Part shown: positions 1-10,265 of the stretch, piece by piece
Layout: the number at the start of each line of letters is the position of its first letter
Numbering within the stretch: the first letter of the stretch is position 1
NCBI RefSeq assembly: GCF_021869535.1
Contig: NW_026262690.1
Coordinates: forward strand, 92,380,001-92,444,000
DNA from: Mytilus californianus
Taxonomy: Eukaryota
Direction of reading: 5' to 3'
Length of the DNA: 64,000 bases
Program-made: the position numbers and the translations under genes
The notes under the pieces: generated by a model
Told to the model about the DNA's origin: nothing
The model's database searches: none
Seen by the model: the letters and a program-made list of their open reading frames with translations, nothing else

Positions 1-2281
1 GTATCATAATGGAGCCTGACTGATTGAATGAATAATTTATTGAAGACTAGGCCTTTTGGGAAAAATTTAAACTAAGAACAATATGGGCATATAAAAGTGC
101 TATCATGTGAAGAAGAATTGCTTAATAATCCTACCAACATTTAGGAATGAAGTGCCTCTGTTGTGCATCTGTAGGTATGCCATAAGATAAACAGAAGTTT
201 GAAAATTCATGTAATTTAATCTTGAAAATAAAACAGAAATTAAGAAAGTACTGATATACTATTACCTTGACCATCAGGTCCATAATTTAGACAACGGTCT
301 TTTTTGTTTGGATCAAAAAAACTTTATTGAGGCAGTATTCTTTTTGTGAACATGTAACATCTTTTAGAATGACATCAGTCTAAAGTATTATGCTGGAGGT
401 TATAATGCATTATTTGAAAACTCTTTAGAAAATAAAACTTTTTATCGAAAATTGAGAAATCCTATTTTTAATTAATTTTTTTAAACTGATTTTTTTGTCC
501 AATGTGAAGTGAATTTTTTATTCATTCTTATTAATTTTGGTTTATTTTGAGAATTTTAGAGATTTCAATTTGGACATCATTTATCACACTATACACATAA
601 ATAAGACTTGAAATCAATTTATTCTGTGTAGATAACTATTTAAATTCAAAGTCATGATTTTGAATATTGTTGGTTTTCCTATCACTTTGATTTGATACCA
701 AGTATTTTTATCATTAAATTGGATTAAAGCTTGTTTACTTGTACATTTTCACCAATATTCACTGATATTTACATTGTAGTAAAAGGGATTTATTTCATTT
801 ATTGAAATCTACAATAGCTTACAGAAATATAATTGATTGCATAATAAATCATTTTAAATCTGGTAAATTTTGTAAAGTCATTCTTTTAACAAATAATTTT
901 CTTTTTATATTTTATTCTTAATACAGGCTTTTCCTTGTTAATTTTTTTATGAAATTTACCTTGAAAATCTTCAAATATTGGCATTATTTGTATGTTTTGC
1001 AATAATACAATATTAAAAAAGTGCTATATAAAAAAATAGTTAAGGAAGCTAAATTTGAGGGGTAAGCAGCAGATAATTCTCAAAAGTAAAAAAATATGTT
1101 CCAGGTTTAAACATTTTTGTGTCTAAATAGTAGGAAAATACTTTCTATTAAAACTTGTTCTGCACAAAATTCTGGGAACAAAAATTTACATAATTACAAT
1201 GTAAGTCTAATGAAATACATTTATCTAAATATATCTACTTAAATGTAGTCTTGGTCTGTAAATGGATTATTGATTAATTTCTGTTCCTATGTATGATTTT
1301 AGCTTTTAATCGCAATCGCAATCGTAATCGGTCATTCAGATTTAAGAATGCATTAAGTTACATTACTTACATAGAGTTAAAATGGAGGTCAACTCTTATT
1401 AAGACATGAATAACAATAAGACCTATGCAATTAGCATTGACAGATTAATGTTTAGTCCCTTTATTTATCTTCAATTAAGTCAGCTATCCATGAGAAAATT
1501 ATTGCTTAACTTTCTATAGTTCAATTGCAAACTTGAATGAACATCTATAATTTAGATTGTTGCATGTGAATTTGTTTGTATTGAGGGGGTGTTGAAAATT
1601 ATATGATATAAAAGTTTGGAGAGTTAAGAACACTAGTCCAGTCATTCTAGCCAAAATATGACCAAACCTCAAACTAATTGCAACAGAATGTTCTTCTAGT
1701 TTTCCTAGCTGATTTTGGGTTACTGTTGAACATATGAAAAATCGAGAAAGTTTGGATGAAGGGAAATTGTTAATTTTGGGTGAAAACCTTGGATTTTGTT
1801 GAAAAATCGCTGAAAACTGGAAATTTGCCGTTATTAAAAAAGTAAAATAGCAACGTACATAATTTTTAATCAAGTCAATAGATCTTATTACAACAATGAA
1901 TTTTTGAAAATATGATGAACTTCAAAGTACAGGAAGTTGAAAATTTTGGGTGAAAATGTTGGATTTTTAGCAAAAAATCGATAAAAACTGGGAATTTATG
2001 TTTTCCTAAAAAAACCAAATTCAAATAAGATTATGAGTCTTCAAATTTACTTTGTATATGTTAAATATTGAGGGAGATCAAATAATGATAAATTCGTCAA
2101 GTCAATAGATCTTATAACAACAATAAAAACCGATTGACCGGTATGATACTTTTTCTTGAAACCAAAATAATTACGTTATAGGATAACAAAAACATGTAGT
2201 AGTTTTTACCCAAACCCCTTAACTATGCTAATTACGTTTTTTTTGTGTATTCTACATAGATCTTTTGAAGTTAATTGTCAC

Positions 2282-5200
2282 TTAATCGTCCATGTCAACT
2301 GTTTTGTTCGAATTTGTACAACCAGTTCCTTTACATTCGCCACATGCTACTGAACATTCAAGTCCGTTTTTTCTACAAGTACATCTTTTAGTGTCACAGT
2401 TTGTCTTACAATTGCATCGAAGAATGTTGAGTAATTTAGAGGGAGCTGCATCCATCGTACACTTAACTGGAACAAGGTTTCCATTAGCGACTTTCCAACC
2501 CCATTCACACGGATTTAAATTGTCCTTGTCCATCCACATTTCCATTTGAAGATAAGCCCTCTGGCTATGAAATGAAGCCGCATTTGATGTTGGCGGCAAA
2601 GTATGAATTTGAACGCACGTTTTGTTTGTCAATACTCTTGCAGCAAACTTTCTGTAGCGAAGAACGTTCAGTCCTTCATACGGAGCACCATTATATAGAG
2701 AGGAAATAATGTTTTCACCAGCAGAAATTACATCATCCTTTGTATTTGTATTGCATAATAACTGTGCCTGAGCCTTTACAAAGTCTTGTTCTCCGAATTT
2801 CTTTAGGGTCGCTGCTTTACTGACACCGAACATTCTTGAAGTTGTGTCACAACCACTGATAGCATGAATTAAAGGTAACAGTGTACATAGCTCCTCACCA
2901 AGAAGCGATTTGGTCTTCAAAATATCCCATATTTTAATATTTGTGTTGAGTTTTGACACATTGCCAGATTTGAATATCAGCGAATTTGATGTAACGTCCG
3001 CATGATAAAGAAGGAGTACCAGAAGATCAGTGTCCTCTCCTAGCAAAACAGTTGGTTTTGTTTTCGATGACTCGATTGCAGTAAGGGCTATCAATACATC
3101 AGCATCGGCATCTGAGTGTTTAGTTTCAATTCCCTTTTCTACCATCTTTGCACTCAAGAGATTAATGAAGTTTTGCTTGTTTTCGATGTTTGCTAGAAAT
3201 ATTTCTTTTTTAGATTTGAAAGGAGTTCTATCCGTGAATGAAACTTTTGTGCCTATGATTCCTTTGGTGCGTCGCTGGTGAGTGGCATCTTTAGTATCTG
3301 GACCCGAGGCATATCCATCAAATACAACTATAGCATTACTGTATTTCCGTTCTACGCTGTCAACGTACCTCTGGCAAATTTCACCGAAAGAAAGTCCGCT
3401 TTGCCAGTGTATACGATGGAGAAGAGAGCCGCCATCAATAATATACTGAGTTTTGTCGTTTTCGTTCATTTCAAATGCGCAACAATCGCCCTTTCCCCAA
3501 ATAGCATCTGCAAGACTAGACTTTTGTGCTGTTCGCATGAGCCCATTTGGATCAAACATTGAACTGGGATGACTACATAGTTCATAGGTGAATATTTCAG
3601 ACTGATCTTCATATATGCCATTTGATGCAGCAAGAAAGCGCTGAAAGAGAAGCTGTGAATCAACAGTAATGACATCATCATCAACTTTGATAGCCGATTT
3701 TGCACTTAAGATAATGGCCTGTTCTTTCCTTTTAAATGAAAATTCATCAATTTTCTGTCCGTCCATGGACTTTAGAATTTTAATCCCTAATTCCTTCGAA
3801 TTATCAACATTGACAAATTTGTCCGCCGAGACCCCTGTTTCTATATTTCGCAAACTGGTTTCCTCTACAAAAGGATTTCTGCTGATAAGAAACGATAAAA
3901 ATGTTTTCAAATCTTGACAGTCTCTCGATCTCCTTGAATCCCCACCTTCTTTATGTTGGTCACTTGTTCCATAATTGACTCCAGTAAACTCTTGCAAAGC
4001 ATTGTTCATTTCCGCGCAGTCTGGCATAGATAAAATCCATTGGGCTCGCTGACCCTCTGACATACCTCTGCCCCGAGTCATACCGCCTGTCGTCTTTAAG
4101 CTTCTCATTAAAACCTGTTCTATGACCAAATCAGAAGAAAGACCTGCCCAGAATTTATCACTCCTTCTTATAACATGATAACCTGATTGTAGAAAAGCTA
4201 ATACGTCAGGATGTGTTGTTTTCAAGTTCTGCATTTGTTGTAAGTATACTCGTGATGATTTGACATACAGATTGTGTCCCGAAGCTGCAAGATACGGAAG
4301 CATGTCTTTGACTGTTTGTAAATGTAGACCCCAGTTACCAGTCCTTTCAGCTTTGATGAATCTACGGAGTATATCTATCATATCCATATACTGGAACCAT
4401 AGTTGTGAAGTACGAAAACTTTTGTGTGACACCCGAAAGTTATCTATCCTAGATTTTATGTGATCTAATAAAACATTTTCGCAAGCTTTTTCGACGGATA
4501 TGTCCCCTTTCAGTAGTTCATCCAACATCGAATCTGCTTCATGCAACTCATCCGAAAGGTCCTCAGGGTTCATATCAGTAATGTCGGTATTTATGTAATT
4601 TGCCGGATTAATATCATTGGTTCCACTCTCATTTTCGATTTGATCTGGAAGTGGTATGCCGTATATGTGTGACAAGATTATTGACGTGAGAGCTGTGTCT
4701 ATCAGGAAATGTGCCCTTACTGCTCGTGCAATAGCCTTTCCACTAGTCATATGAGTTACTGCATTTGGTGCATACACTGTTTCAAGTAGCTCAGTAATTC
4801 CAGATCCTTCCATCAAGTGACCAATGCCGCCTACAAAACTCATTTCTAAATGAAAGCCTCCAAGTCTCAAGATAACTGACTTTAAAGGACTATCCAATGG
4901 TTCATCTTTAATTATGTTCATTGCCTTCCAATAGAGGGGTTGATCAAATGTCAAAATAGGTGAACAATGTTGAGCCTTTGCTTGCTTGCTTATGAAGTTA
5001 AGTGTTGAATTTATACATGTGAGATCACTAGGATTCATGTCTATCATTGGCAAAAAAACAACAGATGATTTTCCTGGATAATCACCGTCCATCACTTTGT
5101 GCATAATGGCTGACCAACTAGGTTGGTTGCATGTCAAAGGCCAGCATACTTTTGACAGAAGGTCTAACTTCCACGTTGTATCGACCATATTTGGCTCATA

Positions 5201-6700
5201 ATTCATGGTTGCGAACTCTGCCTGTAACGATTGTTTAGATTGCATCTTATAATAATCTATGTTAATCTTCGCTAAGTCAGAGACTTCCTTTAGTGTGGGA
5301 GACAGCCTAGGGACAGCTTTGTCAAGTCTAAATCCTGGAGTTACAGCTGCAATCATGCCCATACCATGAAATGTTCCATGACCATCTAAAGTGCGCAGGT
5401 TATGGTCTACGTTATCAGCTATATACTGAACGAAAGTGTCATTCCCAAACTGTGTGTCGGTTCTGTCATGAGCAGCAGCAGCAGCATTAAGTTCAAACCT
5501 TTGAACCTCTGTGTAAGAAGAAGCAAAACCAAGAGTGTTCAAAGTGTCCAACAAAAACCTTGATCCAAAGTGATGATGCATTTGTACACTGAGGGCAATT
5601 TGTAGCGGTGCAATAAGTGTTCTTGGTCGGGTTGCCTGAATTATAGCTTGACCAACAGATGCAACTTTAACAGTAGAGTCGTTTTGACTAAATAATGCAC
5701 TTAGAAATGTTCGTAACGAATCTGGGACAAAGGCAGTGTTTTGCTGTGAGTTTATATCAACAGAAGACGGATATATAGATTTTGAATCTTTAAGGCTCAT
5801 AATATCTGCTTTTATTAGCTTAGCTGCTGTTTCTATCATCGACAGCTTTTCATCTTCTGGACTCTTAGATGATGGTCTTCTGTAAAATTCGTTCAGTATA
5901 GATGATGCTGTTCTCCTAAATGTGACTATATTCGACTTTCCGTTTACTTCCGTGATGATGATATCGGATCCAAAATGAGTTTGCAGTCTCTTTTTCATGT
6001 GCACCACACTATACGCCTTCTCTCCGCAAATTTCTTCCATAGCCTGAACAAGATCGCTTACGGTTGCAGGTTCGTCTTGTGTTTCTTCTAATTGTCTAAC
6101 TATTTGCAGGAAAGCTTTCTCTGGTAAATCTTCTTTTGGTCGTCCTGGTGTCGTTCGTTTGACCTCTTTGTTTGCTTGCTTCGAAACGGGGATTTGCTTA
6201 CCAGTTCTAAAATTAACACTACATGTTTGGTGGTATATTGCATCTGCAGCGTGCAAATCGGATGGCGCAATGTTTAGCCTCCTCAAAACGTTTTCGGACC
6301 ATTCATCATTTCTTTCTTTGCAGATGTTTCTAAGGGTCTTAGAAAAATCTGTTGTCCTGACAGGAAACACGTCGATTCCCCTTTTGCTCTCCGAAAATTT
6401 TGCATAATTTCCACAAAATAAACAGTTCTTCTGGAACTCGAAAACAGGAGTGGAAGAGCGTAAGTCACGACTTAGCTCGGTTGTCGATAAATTCTTGTCT
6501 CGCAAGTCCTTCTTGATTGAATTAGCGTTTATGTAATCACGTCGACATTTCTGATGAACTTTTTGTCCTGGAGTTGTGTCGATCGTATCATTTCTGGTTT
6601 GGCTGGTCCTATTAACTGTGTTACATCCTTTTTCTCTTAGTTGTGTTATTTCTTCACCATTGTTTAGAGACACCCGACAGAAAACACAAGCATCCATCAT
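2282..6700 (-). CDS. Academ transposase (1472 aa): N-terminal Cys/His fingers, DDE-type core, XPG/FEN1 (PIN-fold) nuclease, C-terminal Cys8/CXC finger
   Basis: Uninterrupted ORF. Core motifs ADNVD, TFDQPLY, RLGGFHLE, SDLVIEQ. XPG/FEN1 acidic motifs IIDGG, VVFDGY, DADADV, GEDTDLLVLL, HAISGCDT. C-terminal CNCKTNCDTKRCTCRKNGLECSVACGECKGTGC. Confidence 0.9.
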   Translation of the reverse strand: MMDACVFCRVSLNNGEEITQLREKGCNTVNRTSQTRNDTIDTTPGQKVHQKCRRDYINANSIKKDLRDKNLSTTELSRDLRSSTPVFEFQKNCLFCGNYAKFSESKRGIDVFPVRTTDFSKTLRNICKERNDEWSENVLRRLNIAPSDLHAADAIYHQTCSVNFRTGKQIPVSKQANKEVKRTTPGRPKEDLPEKAFLQIVRQLEETQDEPATVSDLVQAMEEICGEKAYSVVHMKKRLQTHFGSDIIITEVNGKSNIVTFRRTASSILNEFYRRPSSKSPEDEKLSMIETAAKLIKADIMSLKDSKSIYPSSVDINSQQNTAFVPDSLRTFLSALFSQNDSTVKVASVGQAIIQATRPRTLIAPLQIALSVQMHHHFGSRFLLDTLNTLGFASSYTEVQRFELNAAAAAHDRTDTQFGNDTFVQYIADNVDHNLRTLDGHGTFHGMGMIAAVTPGFRLDKAVPRLSPTLKEVSDLAKINIDYYKMQSKQSLQAEFATMNYEPNMVDTTWKLDLLSKVCWPLTCNQPSWSAIMHKVMDGDYPGKSSVVFLPMIDMNPSDLTCINSTLNFISKQAKAQHCSPILTFDQPLYWKAMNIIKDEPLDSPLKSVILRLGGFHLEMSFVGGIGHLMEGSGITELLETVYAPNAVTHMTSGKAIARAVRAHFLIDTALTSIILSHIYGIPLPDQIENESGTNDINPANYINTDITDMNPEDLSDELHEADSMLDELLKGDISVEKACENVLLDHIKSRIDNFRVSHKSFRTSQLWFQYMDMIDILRRFIKAERTGNWGLHLQTVKDMLPYLAASGHNLYVKSSRVYLQQMQNLKTTHPDVLAFLQSGYHVIRRSDKFWAGLSSDLVIEQVLMRSLKTTGGMTRGRGMSEGQRAQWILSMPDCAEMNNALQEFTGVNYGTSDQHKEGGDSRRSRDCQDLKTFLSFLISRNPFVEETSLRNIETGVSADKFVNVDNSKELGIKILKSMDGQKIDEFSFKRKEQAIILSAKSAIKVDDDVITVDSQLLFQRFLAASNGIYEDQSEIFTYELCSHPSSMFDPNGLMRTAQKSSLADAIWGKGDCCAFEMNENDKTQYIIDGGSLLHRIHWQSGLSFGEICQRYVDSVERKYSNAIVVFDGYASGPDTKDATHQRRTKGIIGTKVSFTDRTPFKSKKEIFLANIENKQNFINLLSAKMVEKGIETKHSDADADVLIALTAIESSKTKPTVLLGEDTDLLVLLLYHADVTSNSLIFKSGNVSKLNTNIKIWDILKTKSLLGEELCTLLPLIHAISGCDTTSRMFGVSKAATLKKFGEQDFVKAQAQLLCNTNTKDDVISAGENIISSLYNGAPYEGLNVLRYRKFAARVLTNKTCVQIHTLPPTSNAASFHSQRAYLQMEMWMDKDNLNPCEWGWKVANGNLVPVKCTMDAAPSKLLNILRCNCKTNCDTKRCTCRKNGLECSVACGECKGTGCTNSNKTVDMDD

Positions 6701-6703
6701 TAC

Positions 6704-7660
6704 CTAAAAAAATGATAAAACTGTTAAGACGAGATTCAATTAATTTGGTTTTGCTTTCATATTATTTTATCAAAAGATTTGTTTTGGATACAATATTAAA
6801 AAAGATCTATGTTGACTTTTTTTATACTATAAAATAATTCATATGTAGTGTCTGTACTCATTTTGATTCAGGATTACAACAGTTATTTTTTTCATTTTGT
6901 TAATAGTTTCTATTTGTCGATATTCTGGTTTTATTTGTACTTTCCGCCGTAGTTCATTGTGTTTTTATTACTTTATCATGTTAACGCTTATACAGAAACA
7001 TATGACATTAATACAAGTATTAAGTGGCGCCCCTCCTCCTTTTCGGGTAAAATACCTGCTTGATGTATGCACAGAAAAACAACAGTAAAAAAAATTGCCC
7101 AAAAATGTAATATGAAGTTTGATAGAGTGCCTTTCCCCTGCTTGGTGCATGGTAGCTCAGTTAAATTGTATAATGGTAGCTTTGTTAAACTGGACAATTC
7201 TAATGTCCCTCTATCATTTGATTAATAAATATTCATCTTATTTTGGTAAAACAATTTGTCTGTATCGATTTTTAAATTTTATTATCAGTACAACTTCCTT
7301 TTTCCATGAATTCAATTTTGTTGGATTGTAACCTTTTTGGCACTAACGGCGTTCCATACTTTTTTTTTTCGTCAGCAACTCCTGGCAGTAGACTATAATT
7401 TCTTTTTTACGGGGCGATTTATATATGAAATGTATATAATTTAGTCCAAATATAAAAAGCAGAGCTGTTTTACACGTGATTTGTGGTTTAGACACCTCGG
7501 CAAACCGAAATGAACTCATTTCTGCCCTGTACTACTTTTTGCCGTCTCCCGTGTATTTACGCCTTTCAAAAACACCAAAAATACCTTGCATGACAGCTTT
7601 TACTCTTAAGAGTGCTAAATACATATAAAACTTTTATATATAAGTCTTATATTTACTTAC
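6704..7660 (-). other. Predicted 5'-UTR intron of the Academ transposase transcript
   Basis: Minus-strand donor CTG|GTAAGTAAAT at 7660; acceptor TTTTATCATTTTTTTAG| at 6704, three nt before the ATG. Confidence 0.6.
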
Positions 7661-8630
7661 CAGAATGAAAAGGATGGACACTAGATGCGTCGTCTGCAGT
7701 TGACCATTACGAGTTGTCTCCCATATCGTCATTCTCAATCTACGGGCGCCATATCTTTCCATAATATTTGAAGTAAAATCTTGATTTTTTTTTCGCCAAA
7801 ATTGACGACTTTCCCCTATTTCGATTTTTCTCGATTTTTAATATGTTTCTTATACGTTATATCTCTCACGAATTCCGCAAAAAACATTTCTGTTGCAATT
7901 AGTTTGAGGTATAACCATAGAATGACTGGACTACACGGTATATATTGTAGTTTGTTTGAACATAGAATATGATTCTTGGTATGAGAAAAAAAAAGGTGCG
8001 AGAAGATTGCCACAAATGTAAATTAAATTGATAATCATTAAGTCATAGCCTTAAAATAAAAAAAAAAAACATAGGATCATGTGTGAGATTGGTTTTTTTT
8101 TATTTAATTTTGATGGAGATGCAATCAGTAAATACAGCTATTGTAGAACCAATGAATGAAATAATTTTTTTTTTTTTTATCAGGATTCATAAAATGAAAG
8201 ATATTTGTGCCAGTGATATTTTACAACAAATGCACTCAGCTCTTATAGTCCAAGATTATTCTGACATCTGACATCCTTTCTTAGGAGTAGACTGACATTC
8301 GTCATTTTCACACAGTTATTGTTGAATATTTTAAGACATGCACATGTCAAATTTTGAATTAACAATTATAGAAATAAAATTTTGAAATTATCCATTCAAA
8401 CTAATCTTATATACAGATAAAAAAAAATGTAGTTGTCTGTATTTTTTTATATTCTAGTAACTCATTTTCTATGTTTATAAAACCACCTTCGAAATGAATA
8501 CATGCTTTTAAAAAACTCTTCGATTCTTGTATTGTGCTTTACAGAGCCCTTTGACAGTTACAGTTGATATTGATCCCTATGAGCGTTATTTTGTGGTCTC
8601 ATGTCAAACCTCATGATTAAGGCAAAATTA

Positions 8631-8855
8631 TACTCTAAATGCAGAAATTATTGAGACTGGTTTTTATTGTTGCGAATAATTGATATTTGATTTACATTGG
8701 GTGAGTTTCGCAATAATAAGAACTCACACTTTGGTATCTGATTCATTCATCTGTATGCAGATTTTCCTGAAATCACAATAATAAATCTCGCATTTTTGTT
8801 TATTCTTAAAAAATTGCAATAATAAGTGAATGCAATAACTTCTGAATTTACAGTA
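8631..8855. mobile_element. TA-flanked MITE family A (TACTGTAAATTCAGAAATTATTGC), diverged copy
   Basis: TACTCTAAATGCAGAAATTATTG...CAATAACTTCTGAATTTACAGTA. Confidence 0.6.
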
Positions 8856-9215
8856 CTTGATCTTTTGCACACCAGTTTTGAATTTTAGTAGATTTAACTT
8901 GAAAGTGAATTATTGAGCAAAAGAATGAAGGACATCCATATGAAGTATATAAGAAATCCAAAACCTTTCTAGTAAAAGAGAGGCAAAAGATACCAAACAG
9001 ATATCAAAACTCATGAGTCTAAAACGAATTGGCAACGTCATGGCAAAATAATGGAAAAAGACCAAAACACAAACAATTGCAAGATTCAATTTGCTTCTAA
9101 CACGAATACTTTCATTTATAAATAAATATTTGATTTTCCTTTGATGCCAGTGATTCCCTTGACTTTCAACTTAATGGTGATAGAGTAATAAACAGTAAAA
9201 TATTTTATCTTACAG

Positions 9216-9334
9216 TCACTAGCTGATACCGTCACAGGTCACAGAGATAATGTTGATGGACTACAGAGGAAGGGAACCAGGCTGGTGTCACGTGTCAGCA
9301 CCAGGGACAGGGCACTTGTTGAAGGAAGGATTGG
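9216..9334 (+). CDS. SYNE1: nesprin exon
   Basis: ttacag|SLADTVTGHRDNVDGLQRKG...RIG|gtgagt; ends in phase 2, matching the next exon. Confidence 0.85.
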
Positions 9335-10229
9335 GTGAGTACAAAATGATATAAAAATAAGGACATGTGGTATGATTGCCAATGAGACAACTGTACACCA
9401 GAGTTCAAATGATGTGGATGTAAGGCTTGTAAGCAACGGCTACATGCTTGTCACTGGCCAATGAAATGCGAAAAGGCAAAGTCAGCTAGATCTGTAGGAA
9501 AAAAAATTGTTGAACCAGTAGAACTTTGTTACGAACTAGATAAGCATTCATGTATTTATTATATGCGACTGTCATACAAGTGAGAGGTTTAGATTGCTAT
9601 TAAACCAGGTTTAATCCACCATGTTCTACATACAGAAATGCCTGAACCAAGTCAGGAATATGACAGTTGTTTTCCATTCGTTTGATATGTTTGATCTTTT
9701 CATTTTGCCATTTGATAAGGGCTTTCCGTTTTGAATTTTCCTTGGAGTTCGGTATTTATGTTGTTTTACTTTTTTTATACATCTTTAGCTTTCAAAGTAT
9801 TGGGTTTGAGCATTCATGTTGAAAGTAAATCCAGAAAAGCACTTCAGATGTACCAAATTAAAAATTGTTATTTTCAAATTTAAAGAGAACACATTTTCAA
9901 AATATAGAGTGTTATATATATATATATATATAATTCGTCTAAATAACAGCGCAACAATGTTAGGTCTGTAAATTTGCAGAAGCAAATTTTTTGTTCTTCC
10001 CTGGCCGGGATTCCAACTCATTCTACTGAGATATTGTGGCACTATGCCCGACGCTAGACCACTTGACCACCTAGGCTCGTCAAAATCAAGCTTTCGGTGG
10101 CCGGGTGTTACCTTTCCTCGTCAGTTTTTATCTAGCGTCGTAACACAGTACATGATATATAAGGCATGAAGATGGAATATTACAGATCAGCTGAATTATC
10201 TATCGTAGATCTTACAAATTAATGTAGGA

Positions 10230-10265
<36 letters not shown>

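Larger units (their letters stand above)
1634..7933 (-). mobile_element. Full-length Academ (AcademX-type) DNA transposon, 6300 bp
   Basis: Perfect 16-bp terminal inverted repeat TAGTCCAGTCATTCTA (1634-1649 / 7918-7933) plus a second shared 23-bp block (1666-1688 / 7888-7910). 3-bp TSD CAC at 1631-1633 and 7934-7936. Single long ORF with the transposase + XPG + Cys8 architecture diagnostic of Academ. Confidence 0.92.

Noticed and set aside
145-174. 30-nt AG/GT-bounded segment (GAATGAAG...CTGTAG) as a nesprin micro-exon, or an ATG-containing first exon (MKCLCCASV)
   Set aside because: It has a stop in frame 0, and its open phases do not match the phase-0 acceptor of exon 9216; no supporting evidence.
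1514-1873. 119-aa minus-strand ORF
   Set aside because: It straddles the Academ left terminus and flank, has low-complexity composition and no recognisable domain.
2292-6837. Short ORFs overlapping the Academ ORF on either strand
   Set aside because: Shadow frames of the long coding sequence.
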